Of a DNA stretch of 61,812 bases, positions 60,235 through 61,812 are shown piece after piece. Positions within the stretch are counted from its first letter, which is position 1. Every line of letters starts with the position of its first letter. A program made the translations under genes and the position numbers. Under the pieces are notes generated by a model, which was given only the letters and a program-made list of their open reading frames with translations, was not told the DNA's origin and did not search any database. The stretch comes from a virus (taxonomy: Duplodnaviria; Caudoviricetes): the IMG/VR virus record IMGVR_UViG_3300037264_006254, positions 1 through 61,812 of that record. One strand, written 5' to 3'.

Positions 60235-61038
60235 ATGGACATTGCCAAACACTTGATCAAGCAGGGTCCGATCGATCCCGACGCGATGAGCATAAGCGAC
60301 GCACAAGCGTTGTGGGCCCATCATAGGACCCAGAACGGATACGGGCCCAAAGCACCGCTACTGACGCCTCCAGACGCCAATGCGAAATTCCACAAGACAC
60401 CCGCGAAAGTGTACGGCCTATCCCTGGCACCCGATAAAGCATCGGGACATCAGGCTTGTAGGTACTCGACCCCCGAATGCCGTTCGGGATGCGTAGCCTT
60501 CGCAGGACACGGTGAAATGCCTAGCGTGATCAGGGCTCGAATCTCTAAGACCGAGTTTCTTCGACTGCAACCTCAAGCATTCGTGACCATTCTGGGCCAC
60601 GAGATTAGCAAGGCGGCGGACAAGCACGGCGACACGCTGCGAGTCAGGCTAAATACGTTCTCCGACCTTCCATGGGAAAGCATCGCACCCGCCTTGTTCG
60701 TGACACGTGTCAAGTTCTACGACTACACAAAGTGGCCTATGGGATCACGTCTAGCTCCTGGGAACTACAAGCTCACGTACAGTGTGAGTGAGAACACGAA
60801 AGAGTCGGAAGCTCGCAACCTGCTCGCCGCGGGTCACAACATCGCAGTCGTGTTCGACACGCTGCGAGGTCAAGAACTGCCTAGCACGTGCTACGGGGTT
60901 CCTGTGGTTGACGGAGATCTATCGGATGATCGCACGTATGACCCTGCCCGCGTTGTTGTCGGGCTAAGGGCTAAGGGCAGAATGCGCAAGGTATCGGGCA
61001 ACATGGTTCACCTAACAACACACAACGGAGGTATATGA
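60235..61038 (+). CDS. GP88-like phage protein (CxxxxxxCxxxC, radical-SAM-like)
   Basis: LSLAP..ASG...C.....C...C....G.G; VRLNTFSDLPWE; FYDYTK; DGD.SD.R..D....VVGLRAKG. Confidence 0.7.
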   Translation: MDIAKHLIKQGPIDPDAMSISDAQALWAHHRTQNGYGPKAPLLTPPDANAKFHKTPAKVYGLSLAPDKASGHQACRYSTPECRSGCVAFAGHGEMPSVIRARISKTEFLRLQPQAFVTILGHEISKAADKHGDTLRVRLNTFSDLPWESIAPALFVTRVKFYDYTKWPMGSRLAPGNYKLTYSVSENTKESEARNLLAAGHNIAVVFDTLRGQELPSTCYGVPVVDGDLSDDRTYDPARVVVGLRAKGRMRKVSGNMVHLTTHNGGI

Positions 61039-61163
61039 CAATGATGCACTGCAGACACGACAGGCTACGGGTGATTGACGTTGCCGATAATGGAGACGTT
61101 GTCGCCTACTGCGACGACTGTGGACGCACGGTTAGGTGCGATGACGAAGGGAACCGCGAATGA
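61035..61163 (+). CDS. Small Cys-containing protein
   Basis: GGAGG SD; C.H...CDDCG. Confidence 0.45.
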   Translation: MTMMHCRHDRLRVIDVADNGDVVAYCDDCGRTVRCDDEGNRE

Positions 61164-61372
61164 TGCAGAACAGTGAATCCAGGAAGCGACACGAACCCGC
61201 GCCGCTGAAGGACATCACAGGCGAGGATTATGAGGCGGGTTGGCTAGCGGGCTGGACGGCGCACTCCATCATGTTCCCGCCCAAACCTGCGGTGAGGCCA
61301 GAGGTTGTCGCAGAACGTCAGACACAGTTCCTGGCTTTTGTCCAGGACCTCAGCAAAGGCGGGTCGATATGA
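61160..61372 (+). CDS. Hypothetical protein
   Basis: ATGA overlaps. Confidence 0.5.
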   Translation: MMQNSESRKRHEPAPLKDITGEDYEAGWLAGWTAHSIMFPPKPAVRPEVVAERQTQFLAFVQDLSKGGSI

Positions 61373-61542
61373 ATCCACGAGAACTAGAGCGACGGGTCCG
61401 AAAGGAATGCCTAGACATTGCAGAGAGCAACGGCGTTACCTGGCAGGAAGCTTGCGCCATCGTGGACGAGGCTATGGACTGGCCAGAGGGAACAGCTCAG
61501 CGCCATGCGTCGAGCAAGAGCGCGTGCGAGACTGGACGCTGA
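61369..61542 (+). CDS. Hypothetical protein
   Basis: ATGA overlap. Confidence 0.45.
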   Translation: MNPRELERRVRKECLDIAESNGVTWQEACAIVDEAMDWPEGTAQRHASSKSACETGR

Positions 61543-61605
61543 CCCGTGGAACGTGCACACGCCGAGACTCACCGACCCATCCCGACCCTACTGGAAGAAG
61601 GATCT

Positions 61606-61812
61606 ATGAACTTAGATAATATCTACATCCATAAAGGCGGCAGCGAGACGATCGACGGTAAGCCGTGTGTGATGAACTTGGTGCACGCGGCGTGGCTGAT
61701 CGAACAGCACGGCTCGATCACCCAGGCGCTGACGGACCAGCCCGTCTGCACCGAGAATCTGATCGCTAAAATCGCGATCAGAGTAAACGATCGACTGGCC
61801 GACGAGGATCGC
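61606..61812 (+). CDS. Hypothetical protein, truncated by window end
   Basis: AAGGA SD; CVMN.V...TDQP.C....IA...ND.L.D..R. Confidence 0.55.
   Translation, partial: MNLDNIYIHKGGSETIDGKPCVMNLVHAAWLIEQHGSITQALTDQPVCTENLIAKIAIRVNDRLADEDR

Overview
The window is most of a high-GC tailed-phage (siphovirus-like) genome. The host is probably an actinobacterium, judged from the cluster-B-type hexamer/pentamer capsid genes, an Rpf domain, a LAXTG motif and leaderless extended -10 promoters. There are three blocks. (1) + strand 0.1-24.2 kb, virion genes: capsid hexamer and pentamer, a 1349-aa Gly-X-Thr collagen-like fibre coupled to a GT4 glycosyltransferase, head-tail and tail genes, tape measure, CBM-bearing minor tail proteins, three tandem C1q-like paralogs and a holin. 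(2) - strand 24.3-50.9 kb, replication and nucleotide metabolism: primase-helicase, family A polymerase, SNF2 helicase, Cas4-like nuclease, Sak4-like ATPase, SSB and class II RNR. This block also holds what looks like a complete T4-style cytosine-modification pathway (dCMP-type thymidylate-synthase homolog, dNMP kinase, gp56-like dCTPase, dCMP deaminase, BGT-like glycosyltransferase). That pathway is extended by a eukaryote-type UDP-galactopyranose mutase and a divergent C5-methyltransferase. (3) + strand 51.4-61.8 kb, small accessory genes, downstream of a repeat-rich, AT-rich divergent region. The best candidate for a new system is furanose-sugar (Galf/Araf) hypermodification of 5-hydroxymethylcytosine. 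Other leads are a glycosylated collagen head fibre and a 15-aa peptide tag shared by two unrelated enzymes. No large terminase, portal, endolysin, integrase, tRNA or CRISPR array was recognised. All family calls are motif recognition by eye, with no database searches, and start codons were chosen from stop/start overlaps and SD motifs.
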